A DNA stretch of 63,873 nt, counting the filler. It is 10 parts of 10 records of this genome, joined end to end, with 100 filler letters (N's around TTAATTAATTAA, not from the genome) between each part and the next. Parts side by side here need not be neighbours in the genome. Positions count along the whole stretch, not along the records: positions 4,269 to 21,540 come from SRR20825010_4669; positions 21,641 to 25,880 come from SRR20825010_4670; positions 25,981 to 32,648 come from SRR20825010_4675; 7 more parts are not named here. One strand, given 5' to 3'. Made by a program: the position numbers and the translations under genes. Within the stretch, counting starts at the first letter, position 1. The number at the start of each line of letters is the position of its first letter. Positions 17,970 through 27,219 of this stretch are shown piece after piece. The notes beneath the pieces were generated by a model. The model ran no database searches. It saw only the letters and a list, made by a program, of their open reading frames with translations, and was not told the DNA's origin.

Positions 17970-18862
17970 ACGCAGCAAAATCCCAGACGAAATCCCAGAC
18001 GAAACCACTGAGCCAGCTTCTGGATGAACCCGGCCTCATCATCGCGCCGGGGGCTTATGATGCCTTGTCTGCGAAACTGGCGGCGCAGGCAGGCGCGGCA
18101 GCTGTTTATATGACGGGTTTCGGGCTTGCCGGTTCGCATCTGGGGTTGCCCGATATAGGCCTGATGAGCGCCGCTGAAATGGTGGACCGTGTGCGCGCCA
18201 TGTCGGCAGCGATCGGCACGACGCCTTTGATTGCTGATGGTGACAATGGTCACGGCGGACCGCTCAACGCCGCACGGCTCGCGCGTGCTTATGAGCAGGC
18301 GGGTGCGCAATGCATCCAGATTGAAGATCAGGTTTTCCCCAAACGCTGCGGCCATATGGAAGGCAAGGAAGTGGTCTCGGTCACGGATGCCGCGCAAAAG
18401 ATTGCAGCCGCTGCCGATGCGCGATCATCGAAGGACTTCAAGATCATGGCCCGCACCGATGCCCGCGCCACGCATGATCTGGATGAAGCGCTCAGGCGCG
18501 GCGAGGCTTTCCTCAAGGCCGGTGCGGATATTCTCTTCATCGAAGCGCCGCGCGATATGGCCGAATTGGAAAAGGTCTGTGCGACTTTCAAGGGCGTGCC
18601 GCTGCTGGCCAATATGGTGGAGGACGGCAAGACGCCGATACTGGATGCGAAAGAGCTGGAAGCACTGGGCTTCAAGATCGCGATCTATCCTGTCTCCGCT
18701 TTGCTCGCTGTGACAAAGCGTTTGCAGGAGGTCTATGCAACATTGCTCAAAGGCGTGGGCCTGCCCGAAGGTGAGAGCCGCGTGAGCTTCCAGAACTACA
18801 ACGAGATAATCGGCCTGCCGGAGATGCTGGCCAGTGCAACGAAGATAGCAGGAAGCGAATAA
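17966..18862 (+). CDS. Isocitrate lyase/PEP mutase family enzyme (PrpB/Dml-like)
   Basis: GAYDALSA, GLPD, ADGDNG, IEDQVFPKRCGH, ARTDA; ATGA overlap with MarR. Confidence 0.9.
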   Translation: MNAAKSQTKSQTKPLSQLLDEPGLIIAPGAYDALSAKLAAQAGAAAVYMTGFGLAGSHLGLPDIGLMSAAEMVDRVRAMSAAIGTTPLIADGDNGHGGPLNAARLARAYEQAGAQCIQIEDQVFPKRCGHMEGKEVVSVTDAAQKIAAAADARSSKDFKIMARTDARATHDLDEALRRGEAFLKAGADILFIEAPRDMAELEKVCATFKGVPLLANMVEDGKTPILDAKELEALGFKIAIYPVSALLAVTKRLQEVYATLLKGVGLPEGESRVSFQNYNEIIGLPEMLASATKIAGSE

Positions 18863-19290
18863 TGCCGAGCTGGTCGAATATTTTAAAGCGCATCGCAGCA
18901 GGCGAAGTCGAAAAAGCACCGCCGCATGTGACCGCGCTCAATCTCTATGCGGGCAAGCTCACCGTGCTGGAACCGGGCCGCATCCGCTATGACTGGCCGG
19001 TTGATCAGGCCTATATGAACCCTGTGGCGGTTTTCGGCGGCTATCTGGCAACGCTGGCCGACCAGACCTGCTCCTTCGCGCTGATGACCATGCTTGAGGA
19101 CAATCAGAATTTCACGACATCGGATCTGCAGATGCATTTCTTCCGTCCCGTGACGAAAGGGATTTTGTCATGTGAAGGTCATGTGGTGAATGTGTCCAAG
19201 ACGCAGGCCTATGTGGAGGCGACCTTCACCAATGATGATGGCAAGATCGCGCTGAAGGCGCGGGCGGTGGAGAAGATTTTGGCGGCGTGA
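18862..19290 (+). CDS. PaaI family hotdog thioesterase
   Basis: NP.AVFGGYLATLAD, T.DLQMHFFRPV. Confidence 0.82.
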   Translation: MPSWSNILKRIAAGEVEKAPPHVTALNLYAGKLTVLEPGRIRYDWPVDQAYMNPVAVFGGYLATLADQTCSFALMTMLEDNQNFTTSDLQMHFFRPVTKGILSCEGHVVNVSKTQAYVEATFTNDDGKIALKARAVEKILAA

Positions 19291-19302
19291 TGGGTTGCAT
19301 TG

Positions 19303-19332
19303 TGGATCCCGGGATCAAGTCCCGAGATGACA
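19303..19332. repeat. REP-like palindrome, single copy
   Basis: TGGATCCCGGGATCAAGTCCCGAGATGACA between convergent genes. Confidence 0.65.
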
Positions 19333-19346
19333 TGTGTGGGCGGAGA

Positions 19347-20186
19347 TCATTCCACCCATTCATCGATCTTGCGCTGTAGCGCGCCGATCTCTTTGAAGCG
19401 GGTGAGCCAGTGGTCCACTTCGGCTTTCAACTCGGGGTCCTTGGGCATCCAATAGGCTTTTTCCGAGCGGTCGAAGGGCGCGTCGGGGTGGACGGCGCAA
19501 AGTTCGGGATGGAGCTTTGACTGTAGCCGCGTCTCGATGGCGTCGGTGATCATCAGATCGGCGTGACCTGCGATGATCTCGTCGAAAATGGTCAGGTTTT
19601 CAGGGTGCAGGATGATCGTCGCCTTGTGGATATTTGCGCGGGCGAATTTCTCGTTTGTGCCGCCGGGATTGACGATGACGCGGGTGCCCTCGCGGTCGAT
19701 CTGGTCGAGCGTCTGGAAGCGGTCCACATTCTCGCATCTTGTGATCGGCGTTTTGCCGTCGCTCATCATGGGGACGGAGAAGAAGCCGATTTCCTTGCGT
19801 GCCTCGGTGACCGAAATGCCGCCCATGCCGACGTCAAACCGGCCTGCGGTCAGATCATCTGACAAGGTGGGCCAGCTTGTGGGCACGATCACCAGTTTGA
19901 GGCGCATGGCACCGGCGAGCGAACGGGCGAGGTCCACATCAAGGCCGGAAAATGGGCCTATGCCTGTATTTGTCTCGGGGCCGGTGTCGGTTTTGGGATC
20001 GCGCATGGAAAAGGGGCGGTAATCGCCTGTGAGCCCGACACGGAGCTCGCCGGTTTGGCGCATTTTGTCCAGTGTTTCGCCCGCTTGGGCACCCGTGGCG
20101 GCAAGACCTGACAGGGCGGCGGCCAGCACGAGGGTGAGGGGGATGAGGCGGGGGAAACGGGGCAGGAACATGGCGATCTGGCTCAT
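19347..20186 (-). CDS. Cyclohexadienyl dehydratase (PheC)-like substrate-binding-domain protein
   Basis: Signal peptide, RVGLTGDYRPF, DGKTPITRC, VNPGGTNEKF, MITDAIE. Confidence 0.8.
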   Translation of the reverse strand: MSQIAMFLPRFPRLIPLTLVLAAALSGLAATGAQAGETLDKMRQTGELRVGLTGDYRPFSMRDPKTDTGPETNTGIGPFSGLDVDLARSLAGAMRLKLVIVPTSWPTLSDDLTAGRFDVGMGGISVTEARKEIGFFSVPMMSDGKTPITRCENVDRFQTLDQIDREGTRVIVNPGGTNEKFARANIHKATIILHPENLTIFDEIIAGHADLMITDAIETRLQSKLHPELCAVHPDAPFDRSEKAYWMPKDPELKAEVDHWLTRFKEIGALQRKIDEWVE

Positions 20187-20455
20187 TTGGCGGTGGGGGG
20201 TCCCTTTTACCCCATTTGGGCTCTTGCCGCTGGGCCTTTACTGGACCTTTAAGGGGTGGGCTGGTAGAAACCTGCCCCATGAGTGACATCACGCGCCATA
20301 CGCGCCCGTTGGGTGCCGGAATAGATATTTCGGGTCTGCGAATTAGCGGCCCGGCCAGAGCTTGAGAGGGCGTATCGCCCGTCTCGTTCGGGTCGGGTGT
20401 TCCGCATTATCATCGCATAATCCCAAAAGCCCCCAAGCCAGTTTCGAGAGCATAA

Positions 20456-21540
20456 ATGCCCAGCGACACGACACCTGACGCCTCATCCGAGCAAGCCCGC
20501 GACTATCGCGATACGATCTTTCTGCCCAAGACCGATTTTCCCATGAAGGCGGGTCTGCCCGCCCGCGAGCCGCAATGGCTGGAACGCTGGGAGAAGATGG
20601 ACCTTTACAAGCGCCTGCGGGAAACCGCCAAGGGCCGCGAGACTTTCACGCTGCATGACGGCCCACCCTATGCCAATGGCGACATCCATATCGGCCATGC
20701 GCTGAACAAGACGCTGAAAGACATCATTGTCCGCTCGCAACAGATGATGGGCAAGGACGCGGCTTACGTGCCCGGCTGGGATTGCCACGGGCTGCCGATC
20801 GAATGGAAGATCGAGGAGAAATACCGCAAGAAGGGCCTCAACAAAGACGAGGTGCCGCCGCTTGAGTTCCGCCGCGAATGCCGCGAATTCGCCCAGCATT
20901 GGGTGGATGTGCAGCGCGAACAGTTCAAGCGTTTGGGCGTGCAGGGCGATTGGGACAATCCCTATCTCACCATGACCTTTGATGCCGAAGCCGCCATTGT
21001 GGGCGAGTTCCAGAAATTCCTGATGAACGGTTCGCTCTATCGCGGATCGAAGCCCGTCATGTGGTCGGTGGTGGAAAAGACCGCGCTGGCTGAGGCGGAA
21101 GTCGAATATGCCGACCATCAGTCGCGTTCGGTCTGGGTGAAATTTCCTGTGGTCAAGGGTGACGGATTTGGTGATGCGACCATCGTCATCTGGACGACCA
21201 CTCCTTGGACGATCCCTGCCAATCGCGCGATCTCCTATTCGCCGAAAATCCAGTACGGCATTTATGAAGTGACGTCGCTGGCCGAACATTCGCGCGCTGT
21301 TGTGGGCGAAAAAATCGTGCTGGCCGACAGTCTGGCCGCTCAAGTGCAGGCGGATGCAAAAATCGAAAGCTGGACGCGTCTCGGCGATGCGCCCTCGCTG
21401 GATGGTGTTGTCTGCGCGCATCCGTTCCGCGGGCAGGGCTATGACTTTGACGTGCCGCTGCTGGCTGGTGACCATGTGACGGAAGAGGCGGGCACAGGCT
21501 TTGTGCATACCGCCCCCGGTCATGGTCAGGATGACTATAT
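20456..21540 (+). CDS. ileS: Isoleucine--tRNA ligase (3' truncated)
   Basis: [44 protein letters not shown]. Confidence 0.97.
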
Positions 21541-21640
21541 NNNNNNNNNNNNNNNNNNNNNNNNNNNNNNNNNNNNNNNNNNNNTTAATTAATTAANNNN
21601 NNNNNNNNNNNNNNNNNNNNNNNNNNNNNNNNNNNNNNNN

Positions 21641-21914
21641 TCGGCACCAGGAAGAAATTGCGTTCGGCCTCGGGGGCATTGGCAAAGATGTCTTCAGCCT
21701 TGTCGCCATCGGTGACGACGTCTTCACGCTTCTTCATCGCCATCGGCATCACCGAGGTCATCGGCTCGACGCCCTCGACATTGACCTCGCCCAGTTGCTC
21801 GACGAAACCGAGGATCGCGTTCAGTTCGCCGGTCATGCGCTCGGCCGCTTCATCATCGACGGCGATGCGGGCCAGCTTGGCAACACGTTTTACGGTCGCG
21901 GTGTCTACGGACAT
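21641..21914 (-). CDS. gatC: Asp/Glu-tRNA amidotransferase subunit C (3' truncated)
   Basis: [17 protein letters not shown]...VEPMTSV...REDVV..NAP...FFLVP. Confidence 0.93.
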
Positions 21915-21986
21915 GAAAGCTCTCCGTTTCTAATTTTCCCCTGACGCTATAAAGGGCGTGACCGCCCTTCGCAACGGGGCAATTGA

Positions 21987-22691
21987 TCAGATGTCGACCG
22001 TTTCGCCGGGTTTCGGCGTCAGCACTTCCGTCGGCCCCGACGCCATGCCGGTGACGAACGACTCCGGCGTCTGATCGATGATCGGGAATGTGCCGTAATG
22101 GATCGGCAGCACCGTCTCGAAATTGAAATAGCGCTGGCAGGCGAGCGCCGCCACCGCGCCGCCCATGGTAAACCGGTCGCCGATCGGCACCAGGCCGACC
22201 TGGGGCGCGTGCAACTCGTTGATCAGCGCCATGTCCGCGAAAATATCGGTGTCGCCCATATGGTAGGTCGTCGGCTCGTCATCGATATGCAGCATCAGCC
22301 CATTCGGATTGCCGAGCGCATGGGACACGCCGTCCTCGGTGATGAAGGCGGAGGAATGCAGCGCATTGGTGAAGGTGACGGTGAAGCTTCCGAAATCGAC
22401 CGTTCCGCCGGTATTGCCGGCCTCCAGTTTCTTCACGCCCTGCTTGCCGAGCCAGGCGGCAAGGTCGGCATTGGCAAGAACGGTCGCGCCCGTCTCTTTG
22501 GCAATCGGGATGGTATCGCCGAGATGATCGCCATGACCGTGGGTCAGCAGGATATGGGTGACGCCCTTGACCGCCGCATCGCGATCAAGCCCTTTGAACG
22601 ACGGATTGCCGCTCAGGAACGGGTCGATGAGAATGGTTGCCTTCGCGGTTTCCAGACGAAACGCGGAATGCCCGAGCCAGGTCAGCTTCAT
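21987..22691 (-). CDS. Metal-dependent hydrolase, MBL fold (UPF0173-like)
   Basis: [38 protein letters not shown]. Confidence 0.9.
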   Translation of the reverse strand: MKLTWLGHSAFRLETAKATILIDPFLSGNPSFKGLDRDAAVKGVTHILLTHGHGDHLGDTIPIAKETGATVLANADLAAWLGKQGVKKLEAGNTGGTVDFGSFTVTFTNALHSSAFITEDGVSHALGNPNGLMLHIDDEPTTYHMGDTDIFADMALINELHAPQVGLVPIGDRFTMGGAVAALACQRYFNFETVLPIHYGTFPIIDQTPESFVTGMASGPTEVLTPKPGETVDI

Positions 22692-22794
22692 TTTGCTTTT
22701 CCTTCTTGCTGGCGTTAAGAGTTCTTCCCAACACCTAACGCGGCCGCGCGCCATTTTCCATCAAAGCGTGGCAAAAGACGCCAAGAAAACATTC

Positions 22795-23271
22795 ATGACA
22801 GTCTATACCATTGAAGAACTGGCCGCAGCGCTTGGCCCCTCCACCGCCATTGCCGGACTCGATCTGGGCACCAAGACCATCGGCCTTGCGGTTTCCGACC
22901 TTTCGCGTCGGTTTGCTACCCCGCGCCCGGTGCTGAAACGGATCAAGTTCACGCAGGATGCCGAAGCGCTGCTGGCCTTTGCCGAAAAGGAACGGATCGC
23001 CGGCTTCGTCATCGGCCTGCCGATGAATATGGATGGCAGCGCCGGACCGCGCGTGCAGGCAACCCGGGCGTTTGTGCGCACCATGGAGGAAAAGACCGCC
23101 CTGCCCTTCTGCTTCTGGGACGAGAGGCTGTCGACGGTCGCCGCCGAGCGCGCGCTTCTGGAAATGGATGTCTCACGGCAGAAACGCGCAGGAAGGATCG
23201 ATTCGGCCGCCGCCGCCTTCATTCTCCAGGGCGCGCTCGATCGGCTGGCGGCAATCGGAGGGCCGGCGTGA
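22795..23271 (+). CDS. ruvX: Holliday junction resolvase-like RuvX/YqgF
   Basis: [39 protein letters not shown]. Confidence 0.93.
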   Translation: MTVYTIEELAAALGPSTAIAGLDLGTKTIGLAVSDLSRRFATPRPVLKRIKFTQDAEALLAFAEKERIAGFVIGLPMNMDGSAGPRVQATRAFVRTMEEKTALPFCFWDERLSTVAAERALLEMDVSRQKRAGRIDSAAAAFILQGALDRLAAIGGPA

Positions 23272-23275
23272 CCCG

Positions 23276-23458
23276 CTATTCCTGCGCCGGTTCGAGTTCG
23301 CCGCGCAGCATGCGGTTGGGATCGAACATGTGATCCACGAAGGCGATTGCCATGAGGATCGCGCCGCTTACGGCGAGTTCGACCGGCATGCATGCGAGAC
23401 ACACGCCCAATATCGCCACCTGATAACGCCGCACGCGGACTTCCTGCATTTGCTTCAC
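23276..23458 (-). CDS. Small hypothetical membrane protein
   Basis: About 57-60 aa with a central hydrophobic stretch; fills the gap between ruvX and the AEC gene. Confidence 0.4.
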   Translation of the reverse strand: MKQMQEVRVRRYQVAILGVCLACMPVELAVSGAILMAIAFVDHMFDPNRMLRGELEPAQE

Positions 23459-23554
23459 CCTTCAGCGCTTATCTCTGGCAGAAACCGCATCCGTCTGGCA
23501 AGCAATGATAAGCGGCAAAGTTAACCGCAGAACAATTCAAAACCGGTAACCCGC

Positions 23555-24481
23555 ATGCTCATCATCTTCGAAAGCGTCCTGCCGATCTTCCTGATCATTG
23601 CCTTCGGCGTGGTGTTGAAGCGCGTTCCGCTGTTCAGCGAGGCGTTCTGGGCCGGCCTCAACCAGCTCGGCTACTACGTGCTGTTTCCGGCACTGCTGGT
23701 CACCACGCTGGCGCGCGCCGACTTTTCCTCGCTTGATGCCGGCCGGATCGGCTGGGTCACGCTGCTGGCGGTCGCCGCCATATCCACGCTTTCCATCGCG
23801 CTCTGGCCCATCCTGAAACGCACCGGTCTCGGCCGCCCGGCCTTCACCTCCGTTTTTCAGACGACAACGCGCTGGAATGCCTTCGTGGCGCTGGCGATCG
23901 CCGACAAATTCGCAGGGCTAGAGGGCATGGCGGTGATCTCGCTGATGATGACGGCAACGATCCTCCCGCTCAACATCATCAATGTCCTCGTCCTTGTGTC
24001 GTTTTCGGAGGAAAAGACCAATATCGCGGTGATGGTGCGCAATGTCGTCACCAATCCGCTGATTATCGCCGCACTCGTCTCGATCGTCATCAATGCCCTG
24101 GGGATACCGATCTACGATCCGCTTTACGCCGCCCTCGACCTGCTTGCCCGCGCGGCACTCGGCATGGGCCTGCTTCTGGTCGGCGCGGGACTGGTGATTT
24201 CCGATGCGCTGAAGCCGAAGCCGATGGTGCTGCTGCCGACGGTTCTGAAACTGATCCTGTTTCCGCTGGTCACCTACGCTCTCGCCACCGCTTTCGGCGT
24301 GACAGGCATGCCGCTGACCGTCATGGTGCTCGGCGCCAGCGTTCCCACCGCCATGAACGGCTATGTGCTCGCCCGCCAGCTCGGCGGCGACGCAAGGCTC
24401 TATTCAGCCGTCGTCACCGTGCAGACCGTGGTGTCGATCATCACCCTGCCGGTCGCCCTGCTGCTTGTCGGCGGTGGCTGA
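23555..24481 (+). CDS. AEC family (auxin efflux carrier-like) transporter
   Basis: About 10 TM segments; YYVLFPALL, RWNAF, NPLI, PTAMNGYVLARQLGGD. Confidence 0.88.
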   Translation: MLIIFESVLPIFLIIAFGVVLKRVPLFSEAFWAGLNQLGYYVLFPALLVTTLARADFSSLDAGRIGWVTLLAVAAISTLSIALWPILKRTGLGRPAFTSVFQTTTRWNAFVALAIADKFAGLEGMAVISLMMTATILPLNIINVLVLVSFSEEKTNIAVMVRNVVTNPLIIAALVSIVINALGIPIYDPLYAALDLLARAALGMGLLLVGAGLVISDALKPKPMVLLPTVLKLILFPLVTYALATAFGVTGMPLTVMVLGASVPTAMNGYVLARQLGGDARLYSAVVTVQTVVSIITLPVALLLVGGG

Positions 24482-24485
24482 GGCC

Positions 24486-24863
24486 ATGGCAAAGCCGGTC
24501 TTCATCAATTCGCTGGTTTTCGTTTCCGACATGAAACGGTCGCTCGCCTTCTATTGCGACCTGCTTGACCAGACGATCGCGCAAGACCACGGCGATTTCG
24601 TCCAACTGGAAAACGGCCTCGCGCTCCATCACGGCCCCGCGCTGGAGACCATCATGTTCGGCGTGCCAGCCGGCGACCGAAGCCGCTACGGCCGCGGCAA
24701 TCTGGTGCTCTATTTCGAAACCGACGAACTTGAGGCGATGTTGGCGCGGATGCCTCAAGAGACAGTGCTGATCCACCCGATCAAAACCCAGGCCTGGGGC
24801 CAGAAGGTGTTTCGCTGCTATGATCCGGACGGGCATATCGTGGAAGTCGGGGAGCCGATGTGA
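24486..24863 (+). CDS. VOC family protein
   Basis: VSDMKRSLAFYCDLL, LYFET, QAWGQKVFRCYDPDGHIVEVGE. Confidence 0.85.
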   Translation: MAKPVFINSLVFVSDMKRSLAFYCDLLDQTIAQDHGDFVQLENGLALHHGPALETIMFGVPAGDRSRYGRGNLVLYFETDELEAMLARMPQETVLIHPIKTQAWGQKVFRCYDPDGHIVEVGEPM

Positions 24864-24891
24864 CGCTCTGGCTTCCGCGAGGCAGGAATTC

Positions 24892-25080
24892 CTAGGGCAG
24901 GAATATGTCCTCGATTGCGCGTTCGAACAGGCGCGCAATCGCGAAGGCGAGCGGCAGGCTCGGATCGTAACGTCCGCGCTCAAGCGCGTTGACGGTCTGG
25001 CGGGACACCTTAAGCCGCGTGGCCAGATCCGCCTGCGACCAGCCGCGGGCGCGCCGCAGCTCCTGAATACGGTTGTTCAT
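24892..25080 (-). CDS. Cro/C1-type HTH transcriptional regulator
   Basis: MNNRIQELR..WSQADLA..VSRQTVNALERGRYDPSLPLAF; ATGA overlap with the upstream gene. Confidence 0.9.
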   Translation of the reverse strand: MNNRIQELRRARGWSQADLATRLKVSRQTVNALERGRYDPSLPLAFAIARLFERAIEDIFLP

Positions 25081-25448
25081 CGATAGCGTATCCGCCCGAT
25101 CATCAATCCGGCTACCCACAGCGCCGCCATCAGCGGCCAGACGACGAACATGGAAAGCCGCGGCAGGCCAATGCCTTCCAGAAACCCATAACCGAAGGTA
25201 ATCAGCGCCGTGCCCGCGAACGCGAGCGACAGCGCTTCCAGCTGCAATTTGCGCTGCATTTCATCGAGCCTGGAGATCGAACGAAACACGATCCAGCATA
25301 TCGCCGCCACAGGCAGCATGGGCGCGACCGAGAGAGAAACACGTAACCAGTCTGGCTCCACGCCACCAGCCAGGAGCCTTTGGGCGAGAAAGAGCGTCAG
25401 CATGTATGCGGCGAGACCTGCGAACATCAGGCCAAGGTATTTTCTCAT
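25077..25448 (-). CDS. Hypothetical 4-TM membrane protein
   Basis: Hydrophobic helices with an LDEMQRK loop; GAGG RBS before MRKYLG. Confidence 0.75.
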   Translation of the reverse strand: MRKYLGLMFAGLAAYMLTLFLAQRLLAGGVEPDWLRVSLSVAPMLPVAAICWIVFRSISRLDEMQRKLQLEALSLAFAGTALITFGYGFLEGIGLPRLSMFVVWPLMAALWVAGLMIGRIRYR

Positions 25449-25458
25449 AGCGCACCTC

Positions 25459-25516
25459 ATGTAAAGTTTACTTTACATTGATGCTTCAAAACGAAAATGT
25501 CAAGCCTGCTTTCCAT
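25459..25516. promoter_or_regulatory. Operator palindromes for the membrane protein-HTH operon
   Basis: ATGTAAAGT-tt-ACTTTACAT (25459-25478) and a degenerate copy ATGTCAAG-cctg-CTTTCCAT (25497-25516). Confidence 0.6.
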
Positions 25517-25667
25517 ATATCAACTTCTATCACGGACATCAGAAGAGAGTTGTTGCTATCTTCACTCTACCGATGATGGTAGTCCTGCTCGGCGAATGAG
25601 CACCGCCAGCTCGAAGCTGAATTCGCCCAGCGCTTGCCAGCCAGCTTTCCCTGAAGACAGGTGAAAT

Positions 25668-25880
25668 ATGAGTCAGATCATTTTTCTGCATGGAGCATCG
25701 AGCAGCGGAAAATCCACGCTCGCCCGACATATACAGGCAAAAATCGAAAAGCCATTTTGGCATGTCTCGATCGATCACCTGCGCGATTCAGGTGTGCTGC
25801 CGACGGAGCGGTTCAAGAATGGCGATTTTGAATGGCGCGAAAGCAGATCATCTTTTTTTGCCGGTTTCCACGCCTCACTG
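25668..25880 (+). CDS. Chloramphenicol phosphotransferase-like P-loop kinase (3' truncated)
   Basis: IIFLHGASSSGKSTLA Walker A, then PFWHVSID. Confidence 0.75.
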
Positions 25881-25980
25881 NNNNNNNNNNNNNNNNNNNN
25901 NNNNNNNNNNNNNNNNNNNNNNNNTTAATTAATTAANNNNNNNNNNNNNNNNNNNNNNNNNNNNNNNNNNNNNNNNNNNN

Positions 25981-26010
25981 GATGTGCTCTACCAACTGAG
26001 CTAAAGCGGC
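25981..26010 (-). tRNA. 5' part of a tRNA, probably tRNA-Thr (anticodon lost at the contig end)
   Basis: Minus strand GCCGCTTTAGCTCAGTTGGTAGAGCACATC gives acceptor strand, D-arm and start of the anticodon stem. Confidence 0.75.
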
Positions 26011-26148
26011 ACTGGCAACAGCGACCGGACATTCCGGCCAACCCGTTTGCGGGCCTGAAATACCTTGCGCGGCCCCCTTTGGCAACAGGCTTTCAGGGGG
26101 AAATCGTGCAATCAGGCACTGACCAAGGGCGATCATGCCCCAAATAGA

Positions 26149-27219
26149 TTACTGCGAGCTTGAGGGGGCCTCCTGCCCGCCTTCATCGCCTGTTTCAACC
26201 AAAGCGGCGTCCGATACGGGTTCAGGCGCGACTTCTGGCGCAACAGGGCTTGCCTTGGTGGCATTCACACCAGCCAGAAAAGCCGCCACATCGCCCGCCG
26301 AGCGGGTCGCGACCTCTTCCATCGGGATATGGCCGACATTCTCGTAAACCACCACTTTCGAGCCCTTGATACGCTCACCGAACTCATGGGCATTCTCGAC
26401 GGGGATCAGCCCGTCCTTGTCACCCCAGAGGATCAGCGTCGGCACAGTCATGGACGAAATCTTGTCGGCCACAGCCGTATCGTTGAACGGCAGCGCAAAG
26501 CGCAGGCCCGTGGCCTTGCGGTTCCCCTGATAGAGATTGAGATCATAATAGCGGTCGATCATCTCGTCGGTCACAACGGACTGGTCCACAAAGACCTTAC
26601 GCACACCCTCCTCATACATGCCGCGCGGCGCGACATACTGGAAGACCTTGTTGATGACCGGCATCCGCGCAATGCGGAAGCCCAGCGGAACCTTGGCGTT
26701 CGGGTCCATCTTGCGCGGCAGGCCGGCCGCATCGACCAGAATAAGCGCATTCACTTCCTGCGGATAATCCTGCGCATATTGCAGCGCCACGCCGCCGCCC
26801 ATGGAATTGCCGCCAATCGCGTATTGCGTGAGGCCGAGCTTGCCCGCAACTTCATGCGTGAAAGCCACCATCGCGCCGCGTGAATAATCATCGCCGGGCA
26901 CCGCGCCTGTCAGCCCATGGCCGGGCATGTCCATTGTCACCACACGATAGGTGCCGCCCAATTCAGCAACCCAAGGCTCCCATGTATGCAGCGAGGCATT
27001 GGAACCATGCACCAGCACCAGCACCGGACCGGCCTGATTGCCCTGATCGCACACATGCGCCACCGCGCCGCTCGCAAGCTCAATGAACTGCGAAGGCGCC
27101 TGACCATATTTGGGCAGCAGCTCTTCTTTAGTCTTGTCGAAACGGATCACAGACACAGCGATCACGCCCAGCGCGAGCACAACGAGCAGCCCCACGCCCT
27201 GAAAAATCCGCTTTACCAT
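26149..27219 (-). CDS. Alpha/beta fold hydrolase, membrane-anchored
   Basis: HGSNASLHTW, DMPGHG, nucleophile GNSMGG, WGDKD, GHIPMEE. Confidence 0.9.
   Translation of the reverse strand: MVKRIFQGVGLLVVLALGVIAVSVIRFDKTKEELLPKYGQAPSQFIELASGAVAHVCDQGNQAGPVLVLVHGSNASLHTWEPWVAELGGTYRVVTMDMPGHGLTGAVPGDDYSRGAMVAFTHEVAGKLGLTQYAIGGNSMGGGVALQYAQDYPQEVNALILVDAAGLPRKMDPNAKVPLGFRIARMPVINKVFQYVAPRGMYEEGVRKVFVDQSVVTDEMIDRYYDLNLYQGNRKATGLRFALPFNDTAVADKISSMTVPTLILWGDKDGLIPVENAHEFGERIKGSKVVVYENVGHIPMEEVATRSAGDVAAFLAGVNATKASPVAPEVAPEPVSDAALVETGDEGGQEAPSSSQ

Noticed and set aside
17978-18004. 12-nt tandem duplication (AAATCCCAGACG x2) at the start of the ICL-family gene
   Set aside because: In-frame micro-duplication in a disordered N-terminus; no evident functional consequence.
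25981-26010. tRNA as an integration site for a mobile element
   Set aside because: Only the 5' part is present at the contig end; no integrase or att duplication is visible.
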